Below, one piece after another: positions 1 to 12,600 of a stretch of 47,751 bases of DNA (position 1 is the first letter of the stretch; each line of letters opens with the position of its first letter). Made by a program: the position numbers and the translations under genes. The notes under the pieces were generated by a model. That model saw only the letters and a list, made by a program, of their open reading frames with translations. It was not told the DNA's origin and made no database searches. The stretch is from Craspedostauros australis (taxonomy: Eukaryota), in contig JALAGF010004490.1 of the NCBI GenBank assembly GCA_030167865.1, positions 1 through 47,751 of the forward strand, given 5' to 3'.

Positions 1-2
1 TG

Positions 3-179
3 CCGCCTCCTGTCCCCTCCTGCGCCCGCGCACCGCGCATCGCTAAAACGAAGCGTAGAAAGCGTGAGGCTGTGTTGATCGACCTCCACATGGACAGCGA
101 TAGCGACAGCGATTTCGAAGCCACACCAGCACCTGCGAACTTGAAAAAGGGCGATGACGACAGCACAGAGACCGAGTGA
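3..179 (+). CDS. 3' end of a gene truncated by the window edge; basic then acidic low-complexity tail, product unknown
   Basis: Open frame from position 3: PPPVPSCARAPRIAKTKRRKREAVLIDLHMDSDSDSDFEATPAPANLKKGDDDSTETE then TGA at 177-179, followed by an AT-richer 3'UTR-like stretch. KTKRRKR is NLS-like. Confidence 0.5.
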   Translation, partial: PPPVPSCARAPRIAKTKRRKREAVLIDLHMDSDSDSDFEATPAPANLKKGDDDSTETE

Positions 180-1580
180 GACTATCCCGACCACCCCTGA
201 ACACACGAACAAGAATAACACTATTAACGAATAACTCTAATCACCATGATCACACTAGGACGATTTGTTGTCTACGGTAGTACCTTCTAGATAGTCTAAT
301 TTGTTGCAACGGATTACTTGGACTACTATTGGAGTCCCATCGGCAAACCGACCAATATATGGTCTTTACCGCGGTTCCCAAGAGGAAACACATCTTTACC
401 AAAACGCACTTTTGCCGCTCTACCTACGCACGCGAGTACGGCCTCGTCGAAACATCACGATTCTCATGATCCGTCGTCTCGGTGGTCTCGTCCGGAATGT
501 GAAGGATGCGGGAGGCACGAAACACAGCCACAGGGATTGTTTCGGAGAATGGTCATCCCAGCCAGCGCCACGCGTACGTGTACGCCTTGGAGAATGGTGG
601 AATGGCAACTTGTGCGAAACGAGGATTCGCCCATCTCGCAGAGGCCGCCTCAGCCACCTTGTGAACATCGTGTGGAGCGCTTTTGGACCACTCGCGCGCT
701 GTTCTGCCACCAAACACCTCACAAAACTCCACATTGATCCATTCGGAACCACAAACAGGCTAACGAAGTCGGGACGTACGACTATGCGAAATGCAAACGT
801 TGCCTTCTTGAGCCACGAGGTAGTATAAAGTAAAATATTCTACGACACATGTGCAGTACCTGCAGAGTACTGGCATCAGAACGAAGCACGCTCTATGTTT
901 GGTCGAGTCGTTGATGCTTGTCGCTCGTATGGTCGATAGGTACCATGGACACAATCGTGTGGTCTCCCAAGATAGCCTACCATCTCCAACTCGGCGCCGT
1001 CCCGCGCACATCACAAGAACCAAACAAACACTGATACGTCGAGAGGATGCTTCCTGCCTTCCCATGCCATCCGCGTACCCCGCTGTTACTTCACCGAGTT
1101 CCTGTCACCAGACAAAAAAAACAACAAGACCAGGATCAGCAACCAGGGCAAAAGCCGATGGTACCTTCATGCGAGCAAAAGCACGTACCATCACAGCGCA
1201 CTGTACATACGAGTGCGGTACAATACTTTGGAGGACTTGCGATCTGATAGTCTCGTTCTTACTTTCGGGGACGCATTGTGATGCATGCGAAAGAACGGGG
1301 TTGCGGCGGAGTGACGTGGAATTTCTCTGTGTGCTTGACTGGATTGGTTGCATGATGATGGTGATGATGGGTGGGCTGTTGGTGGTAACTCTCAATCATG
1401 GTTGGCACTTGTTTGTTCGGCGGATTCCCTTGGCGACGACAAGGAGAAGGTTTTCTGCCGGCGATGTGAGGAAACCGGCGGATGACGTCGTTCCGCAGCC
1501 TTGCCCGCTTTTTGGAGGTTTTGATGGGATTGCCAGCGCCGCCGAGAGAGCATCCGCCATCTCTTTGTTCCAACCAAAAA

Positions 1581-3995
1581 CTACGATCCTCCGACATTCG
1601 TCGATCCAATCTCCGCGGTACCGTCCCGGCGCAGGTTTTCGTCGCCGTCGCCATCGCCGTGTCCGGCGGATGCGATGCCACAATCGAGATCGGCGTTGAT
1701 TGATTGATGATGCAAGGTGCTTTTCCCGTCACCCTTGCTCTCATCGTCATTGGTCGCGGCGTCTTGGAGCCGGTTGCCTGCATCCGGTCGTCCCTCACTT
1801 TGGGCGCGCGAGAGCTGCTTGCGCAAATCACGCAGCTCCCGATCCTTCTCTGACAGCCGTGCAGACATGTCGTCGACTTTGCTTTGCAGTGCAGATGCCT
1901 GAGATGTTGCATTCGCAAGGAATGTATGGTCGAGGAAATGAGTGGGTGAAACAGCAGGTGAATGAGGGGATGCGTAAAAGGACGAACGACAGGGCAAGTA
2001 TATGTACGTTCGCACACGCACACACATACACATGACAGCCTCGATCATGCCAAGCTCCGACTTGTATCAATAATGCCGCCGCTCACACACCACAGGCTCA
2101 CGCCAACACATAAATGAGATCTCACCTTCCGCTTGTAGCCACGAGCGGACTTGTCGGAGACCTGGATTTGAACGGATGAAGGTGCAACCTTGCGCTTTGA
2201 TCCATTCTGTTTGTCGTCGTCGTCGTCGTCGTCGTCGAGAGCGCAGTGCTCTTCAATGAACTTGACCAACTTGTCCTGCCGCTTCTGATAGAGCACCGCT
2301 TCTTTTGTGAGAGCTCGGCTCTTGCCCTTGAAGTGCTGGACTTGCTGCTGCAGGAGAGTGACGGTGCGGTGCGTCTTTTCCTGGTGTTCCTTTGCAGTGT
2401 CGTTCTGCTGTTGCAGCTTCCGAATCTGCTGCCGCAGCTGCATCGCCTCCTTGGACAGTCGGATGGAATCGTCGGAGTGTCCATTGGCCACTTCCGTGCT
2501 CTTCCACAAGTTCTGTTGTTGTTGTTGTTGTTGTTGTGCGTGATGGATTGTCGAAGATTGCGCAGGGTAGCGGAAGATGGTGAAATGTGATGAAAGATGA
2601 GAGAGGCATGGCATGACAAGTTGGATGACCAGAGACGAGCACACGGGCAACAGAGAGAATGCTGAAACAGAAACCACATAAAATCGCGAGCATCGGCTGT
2701 CATCTCACCTCCATGACCTGATGATTGGACTTCTCCTTGGCGCGGCAGATGCTGAGCTCGAGCTTCTGGTGTTCGCACAAAGCCTTGAACTGCTCCATCT
2801 GAATACGGTTCGAATCATCACGCAGCTGCGCCTCCTTGCCGATCGTAATCAGCTGATGGAAGGCCTCCGCAACGAGCATGAGCGTGTCTCGGATTTTGCT
2901 ATTCTTGTCATTTCTGTTGCCACGGTCATTCTTGTTGCTATTGCTGTTGCTGTTGCCACTGCCCTTGCTCTTGTCGTCACCATTGACTGAGGCATCGGCT
3001 GTGGAATTGGAACTTCGAGTAGGAGTGCAAACCTGATCTGAGCTGATTCCGTCCTGTTCCCACAGCCGTTCCAGTCGATTGAAGATGCTGTTGAGCTCGC
3101 AAGCGAAGGATGGCACAACAGTTGGCTGTTCGGATCCATCGTCACCGTGGCGGGAAGTCGGAATGCCATCACCAAGCACCTGGGCTGTCTCCCGTGCATC
3201 GGATGCTGTGGCGGGCGTGATGGACTCTTGCGACTCGGTTGGCACAATCGATTTCTTGCTAGACTCGTTCGGCTTGTCAATCTCGCCATCGGGCTCAAGG
3301 TGAGTAGTTTGTTGCGACTTTGAATTTGACTTGGATCTGGGAATGGAGCTAGAACGAGAGCGAGCGTGGGGAGCAGGAGGGTGAACGTGATTCGATGCTT
3401 GCCCGTTGGCTGTCCCCAGCACAGCAGTTGGCTTGTTGGGCGTGACACGAGCATGATGGGATGCTGTCTTGAGAGCAGGGACTGGTGCTGCCGCCACTGC
3501 TGCCGCCGCTTCTTCCATCGCGTCTGCCACTGCCGCCGTCACCGTCGAATCTTCCGCTGGCATTGCTGCTGACGGTCGAGTGCTGGTCATTGTCATGCTT
3601 CGATCTCTTCCATCGCGATCACTGCGTTGCGTCTGTCGTGTTTCTTGTCGGTGTGAAGTTTTGGTCAATGTCTGCGAAGGATCTGGTGGCAGACCAGAAC
3701 GGAGCTTCTCGACGAAGGTTCTGTTTCCAACGGCCTTGGGTGCATGGCCGCGTTCTCTGTTGCCGCTCGCATTCGCATTCACATTGGCGTTCGCATGCAT
3801 TGGTGCAGCCGCAGCTGCATTTGAATCGCTTGGTTGGATCGCTCCACTTGCGCCGCGGCTATCGTCATGATCGTGTTTGGCGCCATCCATCTTCTTGCTC
3901 GGCGTGCGGGATGATGGACTTCCTGCGCAGCTGTTGCTTGTCTTTGACGATGGATGAAGAAAGGGTGCTGGCCGAATGCTGCGGTTGGAGAGCAT
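1581..3995 (-). CDS. Hypothetical coiled-coil protein with disordered N-terminus, 3 exons
   Basis: Exons 3995 (or ATG at 3890)-2709, 2512-2126, 1898-1581. Donors GTGAGA at 2708 and 2125; acceptors (CAA)nCAG at 2513 and TCTCAG at 1899. All junctions are phase 0 and join ORFs 2700..4028, 2045..2677 and 1581..2048 in frame (VME|NLWKS, YKRK|ASALQ). Heptad-like Q/E/K/L-rich segments such as LRQQIRKLQQQ and LSEKDRELRDLRKQL. Confidence 0.75.
2514..2537 (-). repeat. (CAA)n microsatellite forming the 3' tract of intron 1 of the coiled-coil gene
   Basis: (TGT)n run on the + strand ending directly at the AG acceptor (2513-2514). Confidence 0.85.
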
Positions 3996-4874
3996 GTACG
4001 GATACAAATGGGATTCAGGAGATGGCAAAGGCGATGGAGTGATTCAAAGGCTTGGTTTTGGCGCCAAGAAACCATTTGTGAGCTCATCGTGGTGAATCCA
4101 CTGCTCGCAATTCAAGCAGCAACATCACCTCCATAACCACGAACGACACGCAACCAAGAAACCAATCGTCGATACGAGTCGAGTGGGGCAAAGACACAGG
4201 CTCCCTGTGTGGTCTTGGCGAACATCTGCTTTCTGCGCGGATCCAAACAAGACAGACGACTGTATCTTGTTGTCTTGTTCTTGGTTGTTGTTCTTGTTCT
4301 TGTTCCGTTGTTTTCGTCGTCGTTGTCATCGCGTTTCATGTTTGTTCCGACGATCGATTCACTCGACCAAATTGATCACTTGATTGGTCACACCAGTCGG
4401 AAGTGAACCTCGTCCGGCGACTCCTTCCCTCCATTGTCGAAGATACTATCTTATATAATATTGGTACTTGTATATAAATAATATTCAATGCAAGCCAAGC
4501 GATCGCCAACTCCTGTCACGCTCACGAAGAAAAATGATGCCGACAATTGGTGGGAGATGGGTTGGTTGGTCTTCGTGGGTTATCCGTGCGTTGGCGGCAG
4601 TTCGTCAAAGAGAAGTCGTGACAGGCGAGGATCCTTGTCACACGCAACGACACACACTCACTTGTTGTGCGCGTGTTGGTGCCATGCTGATGCCAGTCCT
4701 TTCTCAGGATCCATGCACATTGCCCATCCAACATAATCCTGAAGGACTTCACTTCATTCCATTAGCTCGGCTCCACCTCAACCCTATCTCAATTGAAGTG
4801 AAGTTGACTTAACTTGCCTTAACTTGACTCTCCATTCGTCTTCGTTCCCAATAGCGAACAACAGAGCAATCATC

Positions 4875-7800
4875 ATGGGTGACGAGGACAAGCAGACTTC
4901 GAAGGAAGGTGCTGGTTCGTCATCTCCCGCAGCAGATCTCTTTCAGCTGACGCAAGCCAACCTGGATGGGTTCCTCGCGACCAGCAACAACAACAACAAC
5001 AACAACGTTGCTCGCAGCATCATTCACAATTCCAGCAGCAATGACGACGATGGTGAAGACGCAGATGCCAACGAAGACGCAAATGCTGAGACGAATATCA
5101 TGGACGAAGTTGGATCGACGACGGCCTCCACATTGGTGGGGACCGGCTGGGAAGCTGCAATTGACGACATTGAGGCCGCTGAGAAGGCCGTGATTCAGAA
5201 CGAGGAGAAGCGGAAGAAGGCCAAGGAAGAGGAGGAAGCTGAAAAGGCGAGAGCCAAAGCCAAGGCGGAGGAAGAAGAGGCGGCTGAATTCGCGGCGGCA
5301 GCAGCAGCAGCAGCTGAGGCTGAGGAGAAAGCAAAGGCGGCGGCAGTTAAAGCCAAGGATCCCGATCAACCCATTCGAAGTGTGTTGTCTGATGATTCGA
5401 CGGTGATGCAAGATGCTGGGGGAGGTGGGGAACCTGGAGGAGCTGAAGCGGAGACGAAAGAAGATACTGTCGCATCTGAACCTCAGCCTGAATCGGCCAC
5501 TGCGGACACTGCTGAAGCAGAAGGCGACAAAGAAACGGATAAAGAAGAAGGAGAAGATGAGTCTGCAGGCGACGATCTCAAGCAGACATCATCGCTTTCC
5601 AGCCCCCCTCGCACACGCAGAGGACCCAGCATGAACTCTGGATCGGACGATACCGGATCCATGCTGTCGGCGGACATCAGCGATTTCGTGTCGCATTTTG
5701 CGGCCACCACTTTCGTGCCCGATGACGCCAGCTCCATGTTCACCAGTGTCAAAGAGGCCACGCCCAACGACAACCTTGATGACATCCTCGGTCCTATCAC
5801 GTCAGTGGCAGAGGAAGGCGAAGAGGATGAGGAGGACGAGGAGGAACGTGAATCCAAAGCCAAGGCGGACGCTCTCATCCAGATGACGAAGGCGGCCATC
5901 GATGCCTTGTCCACTCCATCCAAGGATGCGGAGGATGCGGACAACAACGATGGCAATGAAGACAACAAAGACAACAACCAGAACAACGCTAAGAACGATA
6001 ACGCTGAGGAATCGGCGGCTGGGTCTGATGCTCCTCATCCATCCGCAACGACACCCAAAGCAAGCGGGAGTGATCAGTTGGTCAATTTGGGGAGCCAGGG
6101 GGATGAATCTCAAAAGCAAGAATCGAACAACGCTGATGGCGCGGCGGATAAGCCAAGCGATGTACCGCAGCAACAGGATGATTCCAAGGCAACAGATGGC
6201 GATAAGGCAGAAGCAGCAGCGGCAGCAGCACCCGAAACAGGAACAGGAACTGTCCCGTCGCCTGCACCACAGTCAGCAGCATCCACAAGTGGTGACAACG
6301 CCAATGTCGACATCAAGAGCAACAACAACAATGGTGATGCTGCGGAGCCATCTGTTCTGGCTCAGCTTTCAGCAGTTGGAACGGAGGAATCGGCGAGCTT
6401 CGATCCTGTGGACCGCATCGTGCTTTCGCTCAACAGCACCCTCGGCGTTTCCCCATCCAGCACAGCACACAACGTTGAGTCTACCATCTCGCCCACCTCT
6501 GTTTACGATTCCGTCACCATGAATACAAGTGCAGCGGAACAGGATTCACTGCAGAGCGAGGCCACGCAGCAGACGAACAATGCCAGTCCTTCAGGTCATG
6601 TCCGCGGTCCCGATCCCAACCAGCACAACAGGGACAGCAGCCCCAGCGTCGCCAATTCACCCTCCAAGTTCACCTTCAACTCGGTGGCGCAAAGCAGCAG
6701 CGACGCATCGTCCTACACCTCGCAGCATGTCATCAATCCAGGACGGCAGGAACGCCATCAGCAGAACATGCATCACCAGCACCTGCAAAAACAGCAGGAT
6801 CAATCTGGCATGCTGCAGACCAACTCCACACTCTCTGGGAACGAGGGATCGGCGGCGCCAGGTGGACGCCTGTGGCAGACAGCGAAGGCGGAGGCGCAGG
6901 AGAATTCCAGTCCGCGTCGTGCCAACAAGTTTACCGAATCCCTCATGGCGCGCACCAGATCGCGGGCCGAACCTGATGCGTTGCTCAACATGTCGGCCAC
7001 CGCGGAGGCAGGCAAAGCCAAGTCCGGTACGTTCCCTTCGTTCGCATATTCGTTCGTTCGTTCGTTCTGTGTTGCATGCGTTGGATTAGACAGAAGGCAC
7101 TTCTTCTCTCTGTCATTGAAATCAGATGTATCCACGTCGATCCATCTCTTCAACCAAAGCTGGAACACCTGCTGTCCTTCCACTCACTCCCTTACGCACT
7201 CTCTCTCTCACACACACACATTCCATTGCCTTCTTCGCGCCTTCCTTTCCACCATGCTCTATATTCCACCACGATGATATCACTGCAGGCACCCCAACGA
7301 TGATTCAAATCAGCGAGGATGAAGACATGTTCATTGTGAACACCGTGCTGGCACGCAAACGCGTCCGCGTCGTCCAGCTGCTGATCATGGGATTGGTGGC
7401 GTTCTGCGTCGGCTTCATGGGCTCCTTCGTGGTGCAATCGTCGTGCCACTTCGTGTCCGCCGAAGTTCAGGTGGGGCAGGAGAGCAAGACGTTCGATCTG
7501 CACTACGGATTGTGGAAGTACACGCCGATGGATTCCGTCTTCCAGGGCTATTCGTACTGCTACCCGTACGACGATTCGTACACGAATGACGCGCCGATGA
7601 TCTCTAGATGGTGCTCCTGCGCCGCCATGCTGCTGGGCACGTACGCTCTGTGCGTGCTGTGGTACTACCTGATCCTGGGACGCGCCTCCGAGACCGCCTG
7701 GAAGTACGCCGTCGGAGCATCGGCGTTGGCGGCGGTGCTGCAGCTGTCGACCTTTCAGATCTTCGCCGGTGATGTGTGCAGCCGCGATGAGTGCACCATC

Positions 7801-8307
7801 GGTCCCGGCGGCATCATCTCGTTCGCAGTGAGCGTGGTGTGGATCATCATGGCGTTCGAGATGCATTACAACAAGCCAACGGGCAAGATCGCAAGCGAGT
7901 ACATCCAGGACACGCTGATGCCGACGTCGCCCGCGAGCGTGATCGGATCGCCGAGATCCGTTCCCACCAGCCCCGTTGGATACGTCGAGATGGACAACAA
8001 CCTCGCCCTCCCCACATTCCGATCCCGCGGCGATGCCAGTCCTTCGGCAATGGACGAGTCGAACGTGCTGGTGGCGCAGCTGGAGCTGACGGACTTCAAC
8101 CAGGCCAGCAGGGCGTTCGTTCGACGCATCGTGCCGCAGAGCGTGGCCGCGAGCGTCGTGGGGGACGATGACGATTCGTTGCCGGAGGAGCTGCCGTCGC
8201 TGAACCGCAGGGCGTTGCGATCCAGTCCGAGGAAACGATCGGAGGTGCTGATGGAACGCGATCTGGCGGCCGGTGGCAGCGACACCAACTACAGATCCTT
8301 CGTTTAG
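4875..8307 (+). CDS. Membrane protein of about 1056 aa: about 720-aa acidic/disordered N-terminus plus a claudin/PMP22-like four-TM domain, 2 exons
   Basis: Exons 4875-7026 and 7289-8307; phase-1 intron GTACGT...CTGCAG (7027-7288, 262 nt) joins KAKSG|TPTMIQ. Four hydrophobic helices (VVQLLIMGLVAFCVGFMGSFVV; AAMLLGTYALCVLWYYLIL; YAVGASALAAVLQLSTFQIF; GGIISFAVSVVWIIMAF). The first loop has YGLWKY...YC, resembling the claudin GLW-C signature. Confidence 0.8.
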
Positions 8308-8869
8308 CAATGTGTATGTACGTAATAGAGTTAGAGCAGAACATTCTCTAGTTTCATTAGAGTATATCGTATCATAGTAGCATTGCAATTGCGGAGTGCT
8401 CTTCCTCCTGCTCGCAGGATGTCTGCACAATAACACAATACTGGTGCGCTCTGCGTTGGTTGGACAACGAGCATGGATGCGCATCTGAATGAACGAACGC
8501 ATGAAGATGTGAGGAGCGAACGATTTGAGGTTTTGGGATTCGGTTTGGCGGGAGTCAAGGACTTTTTAGGACGGTTAGCCGACACACGACTGGAAAGAAC
8601 TCGGGCAAAGTCGGAAGGGACAGAACGGACTTATTTTCCAATCCCTAGCATGTGAGCGAAGTGTTGATGTCACATTGTGATTAAGCGATTGAAAAAACGC
8701 TAGGCATAGCGCCGGTTGCACATTCACAAAATGTCAAAGAAGTCCAACAAATGACCACCTGCGTCCGAGAATATCCCGCGTGCGCAGCTGCGACAGAACT
8801 GATTGGCTGGGGACAGATTTCGGCTCTTTGCGCCTTGCCTTCCTCATGTGTGTTGGACATGAAGTGCTC

Positions 8870-8899
8870 CACCACAAACGTGTGCACCACAAACGTGTG
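8870..8899 (+). repeat. Perfect 15-bp tandem duplication (CACCACAAACGTGTG)x2 upstream of LRR gene 1
   Basis: Copies at 8870-8884 and 8885-8899. Confidence 0.9.
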
Positions 8900-9673
8900 A
8901 ACCAGAAACACCGTGTTGGCGGCAACGAAGCTCGACAAGGGCGGAGAAGAGCGGGAACGACGACGATGGTGATAACCGCACATCTCGAGAGACAACAAAG
9001 ACGACGAGCAAGAACAGGAGGAGTGAGACAGCAGCAGGTCAGAGGATAGGAAGAACATCGGCACCAGCACCGGCATCGACGTCAAGGTCAACGTCAACGT
9101 CAAGAGGAAGAGATCGACATTGACAAACCCTCCTGCTTGAGTCTGTTGACGTCATCGGCAGGGTCATCCACTGGAGAGGTTGTCTTCATCACTTCAACTG
9201 CATCCATCGTACTACTATCCATCGCCTCCAAATTTACTCTCTTGACTCTTCTTCCAACTTTTGTGATCTCATTGTGCACAAATCGAGAGGTAATTGTCGC
9301 AGTACCGATCGAACACGCACACAGCCACAGATTGGGTACGGATCTGCTCTGCTTTGTGCGCTCATTTGTTCGGTTCTGAGCTCACAAGCCAGCAAAGCAA
9401 GTGCCCAAGCTAAGAACAGACGCAAGAGCAGCAAGCAATAGAGAGGAGCAGGGCAAGGAAGAACGATTCCCTGCACCATTCCCTCATTCCCCTCACTGCC
9501 CAAGGCGGACGACCGGTTCCTCATCGAAGAGCCGCCCAACCATTCGACCATCAAACCTCCATTGACCGGTGGTTCAACAGCAGAGCACAGCAATACCCAC
9601 GCTGTTCACGTCCAGGCTGTGAAAGTCCACGCTGTTCATAAAGCATATCCACGCTCGCAGTACCCGGACGACC

Positions 9674-12600
9674 ATGGACAGCCCTGAATCACCATCATCT
9701 GTCACTTCCAACACGGCTGAAGATGACGTCTATCCAGCGCAGCATAGACTGCATCAACCGGCATCGCATGCACACGCACATACGCAATCAGCTCCTGGAC
9801 AACCCAGCAGTCAAATAGATGCCGCAACTGTGCGCAAATCCGCATCGTCCGTGTCATCGAATGAATTCTTTGCCAGGCTGGAGAAGGAACGAATGAGGCA
9901 GCAGGGACTGCGAGATCGTCTGTCGATCAGTAGATCCGCACACACCATAGACAACGCCAAGATCTCTGCTGGGGTTGCGCAGGAGAACCCTCTGCAGCGC
10001 CATTCCGATCATCCCCAGCAGCAAGCGGCATCAACGCCGTCTGTTCCGGTCACGCTCGTCCTCAACAACGATAGCCAACGATCCAAGAGCAGGAGCAATG
10101 GCAGTCAGAATATGTCAAAGTCCCGTTCCACATCGTCGTCGTCGGCGCAACGGAGATTGGTCCAGCTGTTGGAAAATGCGGTGGAAACTGGAGACAGCTC
10201 TGGTGTCATCCGGCATCTTGAGGACTTGAAGAGGCAGCAGCAGTTGGAAAAGAGACAGAAGCAGCAAAGGAAATTGAAAGAGCAGCAGCAGCAGTCTGAG
10301 CAACAACAGCAACAACAGCAACAACGAAAGGAAAAGAACCTCGACGCATCAGGCCTCATGGCACCTCCCGTCACGCCCACTGTCCCCAACGACGTGCTCC
10401 AGTTGACAAACATGACCCAGCCGAGCGGGGAAGACCAAAACGACCCAGGCAGCTACCACATCATCGGTCTTGACAATCCATCCGGCCTCGGCTCTCGTTC
10501 CCGCTCCCATTCCCAATCCAACTCGCATTCCGGGACCAGAAGCCAGAGCTTCACCAACAACAGCCCGAACACGCTGGACAGCTCCAGAAATGGCAACACC
10601 ACGACGTCATCCTCCACCAACCGCAACATCGCCAGCACAGCCACGGTCTCCATGGACAGCTCCATGCAATCCTCCACCCACGACCATCACTTCGCCATCA
10701 CGGAGCCACCCTTGGCCAACAAACGCTCCATCTCACCCTCAACTTCTTCATCCACATCCGAATCCATGTCGTTGTCACAGAGCCTGCGGGATCCGTCCAA
10801 CATCGACGCGGCAGATCACTACCCATCGTCGCACGCCTTTCAAGCCTCGAGCCACACCTTGCCAACGCGCAACACCAGCAAGGAACCACCCAGCAGGGCG
10901 TCCTCCGAAGCCTCCTTCCGCGGTCTGCAACAGGATCAGGATAAACCTCGCGCGCAACGATCCTCCATCCTCCGCATTGCCAAGCAGTACCTCACGGATC
11001 AGCAGGAAGTACATCATCGCGATATTCCCAATGATATCGAGCAAATGCGAATGCAAATGCAAATGGACGACCCTGATACTGACGATGGCGATAGCCGCAT
11101 TGAGGATACCAGCCATCATAGAGAGATGATCCGTATGGATGACGATATCGACATTGGCAATGCTCACGCCAACAGCGATAATGATAATGATGATCTTGAT
11201 GACGATTACATGGTTCCAATCAATGACGAAGACGATGTCATGAACGATGATGAGGGCGACTATCCTTCCAACAACATCAACAACCATCAAGATCCGTACG
11301 CTTACACCACCACCGCGGCGAATATCATCAACAAGAACACTGTTGGCAACAACAACAACAACATTACCGACAACAACAACGACATCACCGACAACAACAC
11401 AGACATTGATAGCACTGAGGAAGATGACACGACCGTCGGCATGCCACGATTATCCAGCATCGTATCGGAAGATGTGCGCTCGTGCGAATCCTCCAAACTC
11501 AGCATGGCAGGAAGCGAGAGTGTCCCCAAACTGTCAAGCTTCGAATCGATAGACACCGGCGATGACGGCAAGAGCCGCAACACGGCCACCTCGTCGATGG
11601 TGACGGAAGATGCCATGTTGCTGATGCACCAGCGCAGACAGCAGCAGAGCGACTTGCAGCAGCAACAGCATCATCCATCGCCCCAACGATCGGACGTGCG
11701 GCGGATTGGGTCCATCCAAAGCACCAGCATGGCATCCACCATGTCACCAGGCAACAGCACGATGCCAAGCCTTTTGGAACCGTCGCCGTCGCCACCGCGG
11801 GATCGCAAGAACATGTACGTTAAAAGCGCCGTGCAATCGTCATCGTCGCTTCCATCACTGCGACCGGCCAGGGCCGCGGAGGACAAAGGGATCAACGAAA
11901 TGCCGGGACATCATCACAGCGGACACGAACGGCGCAGCCTGTCTCTCCAAAGTCACACACAGGAGAGGAAGCAGTCCTTCGTCCAGGTCAAAAAGACCAA
12001 GCCGGACTACAGCAGCCCGGTCGGTCGGTATCCCAGACTATCATCTCCAGACAGCCATCTTCGCAACGATCACCGCCGCAGCACGGGCAAGCACAACCAC
12101 ACGACGACGACCATCATGCAAGCCTTCACGCCGCCACCCCGCCTCCTATCGATGGACTACTCCTCTCATAGCGTCAACAACTCTGTCGCCAGACCTGCGA
12201 GCTTCCGGTCTGAAAAATCGACTTCCAAATCGCGTCAACGGCAGAAGCTGTACACCGGTCAATTCAATGCGGGCACCTTTGCGTCGTATCCACGCAGGCA
12301 CAATCCAAACAACAGCAACAACAATACTGGCGGCGGCGGCGGCAATAAGAGCCCCAACAACGCCACTGCGGCCAAAGGAAGCACGCTGAAACGCTCCGCA
12401 GAATCAGCACCGACCCACCAGGATGCATCCAGACAGGCAAACGATTCCAACAGCGTCACCGGAGGACGTAGATTCTTGCTCACAAGCGCGCTGTCCAACC
12501 ATAGCCTTTTCACGACGAGCATACCACGGAATCCCAAGACCAACGAAACTTGGGTGTATTTGGTGGCTCTATTGATGTTCGTCACTGCCACGGTGGGCAT

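Noticed and set aside
302-830. Solo LTR starting TGTTG
   Set aside because: No matching ...CA end followed by a duplicate of the 5-bp flank, and no PBS or PPT found.
895-965. Second copy of the 43-kb repeat element (TGCTTGTCG, CCATGGACAC matches)
   Set aside because: Only 9-10-nt matches with no 11-nt periodicity; compatible with chance.
1392-1583. Stop-codon readthrough extending the coiled-coil protein by about 63 aa
   Set aside because: An in-frame open stretch of this length after a TAG is not unusual at this GC content, and there is no readthrough context or homology support.
851-1699. 282-aa + strand ORF and neighbouring ORFs at 301-828
   Set aside because: Non-ATG starts, no motifs, and overlap with the 3' end of the minus-strand coiled-coil gene.
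2805-2820. GGTTCGAATC T-loop-like motif suggesting a tRNA
   Set aside because: Lies antisense within a coding exon and has no T-stem or cloverleaf.
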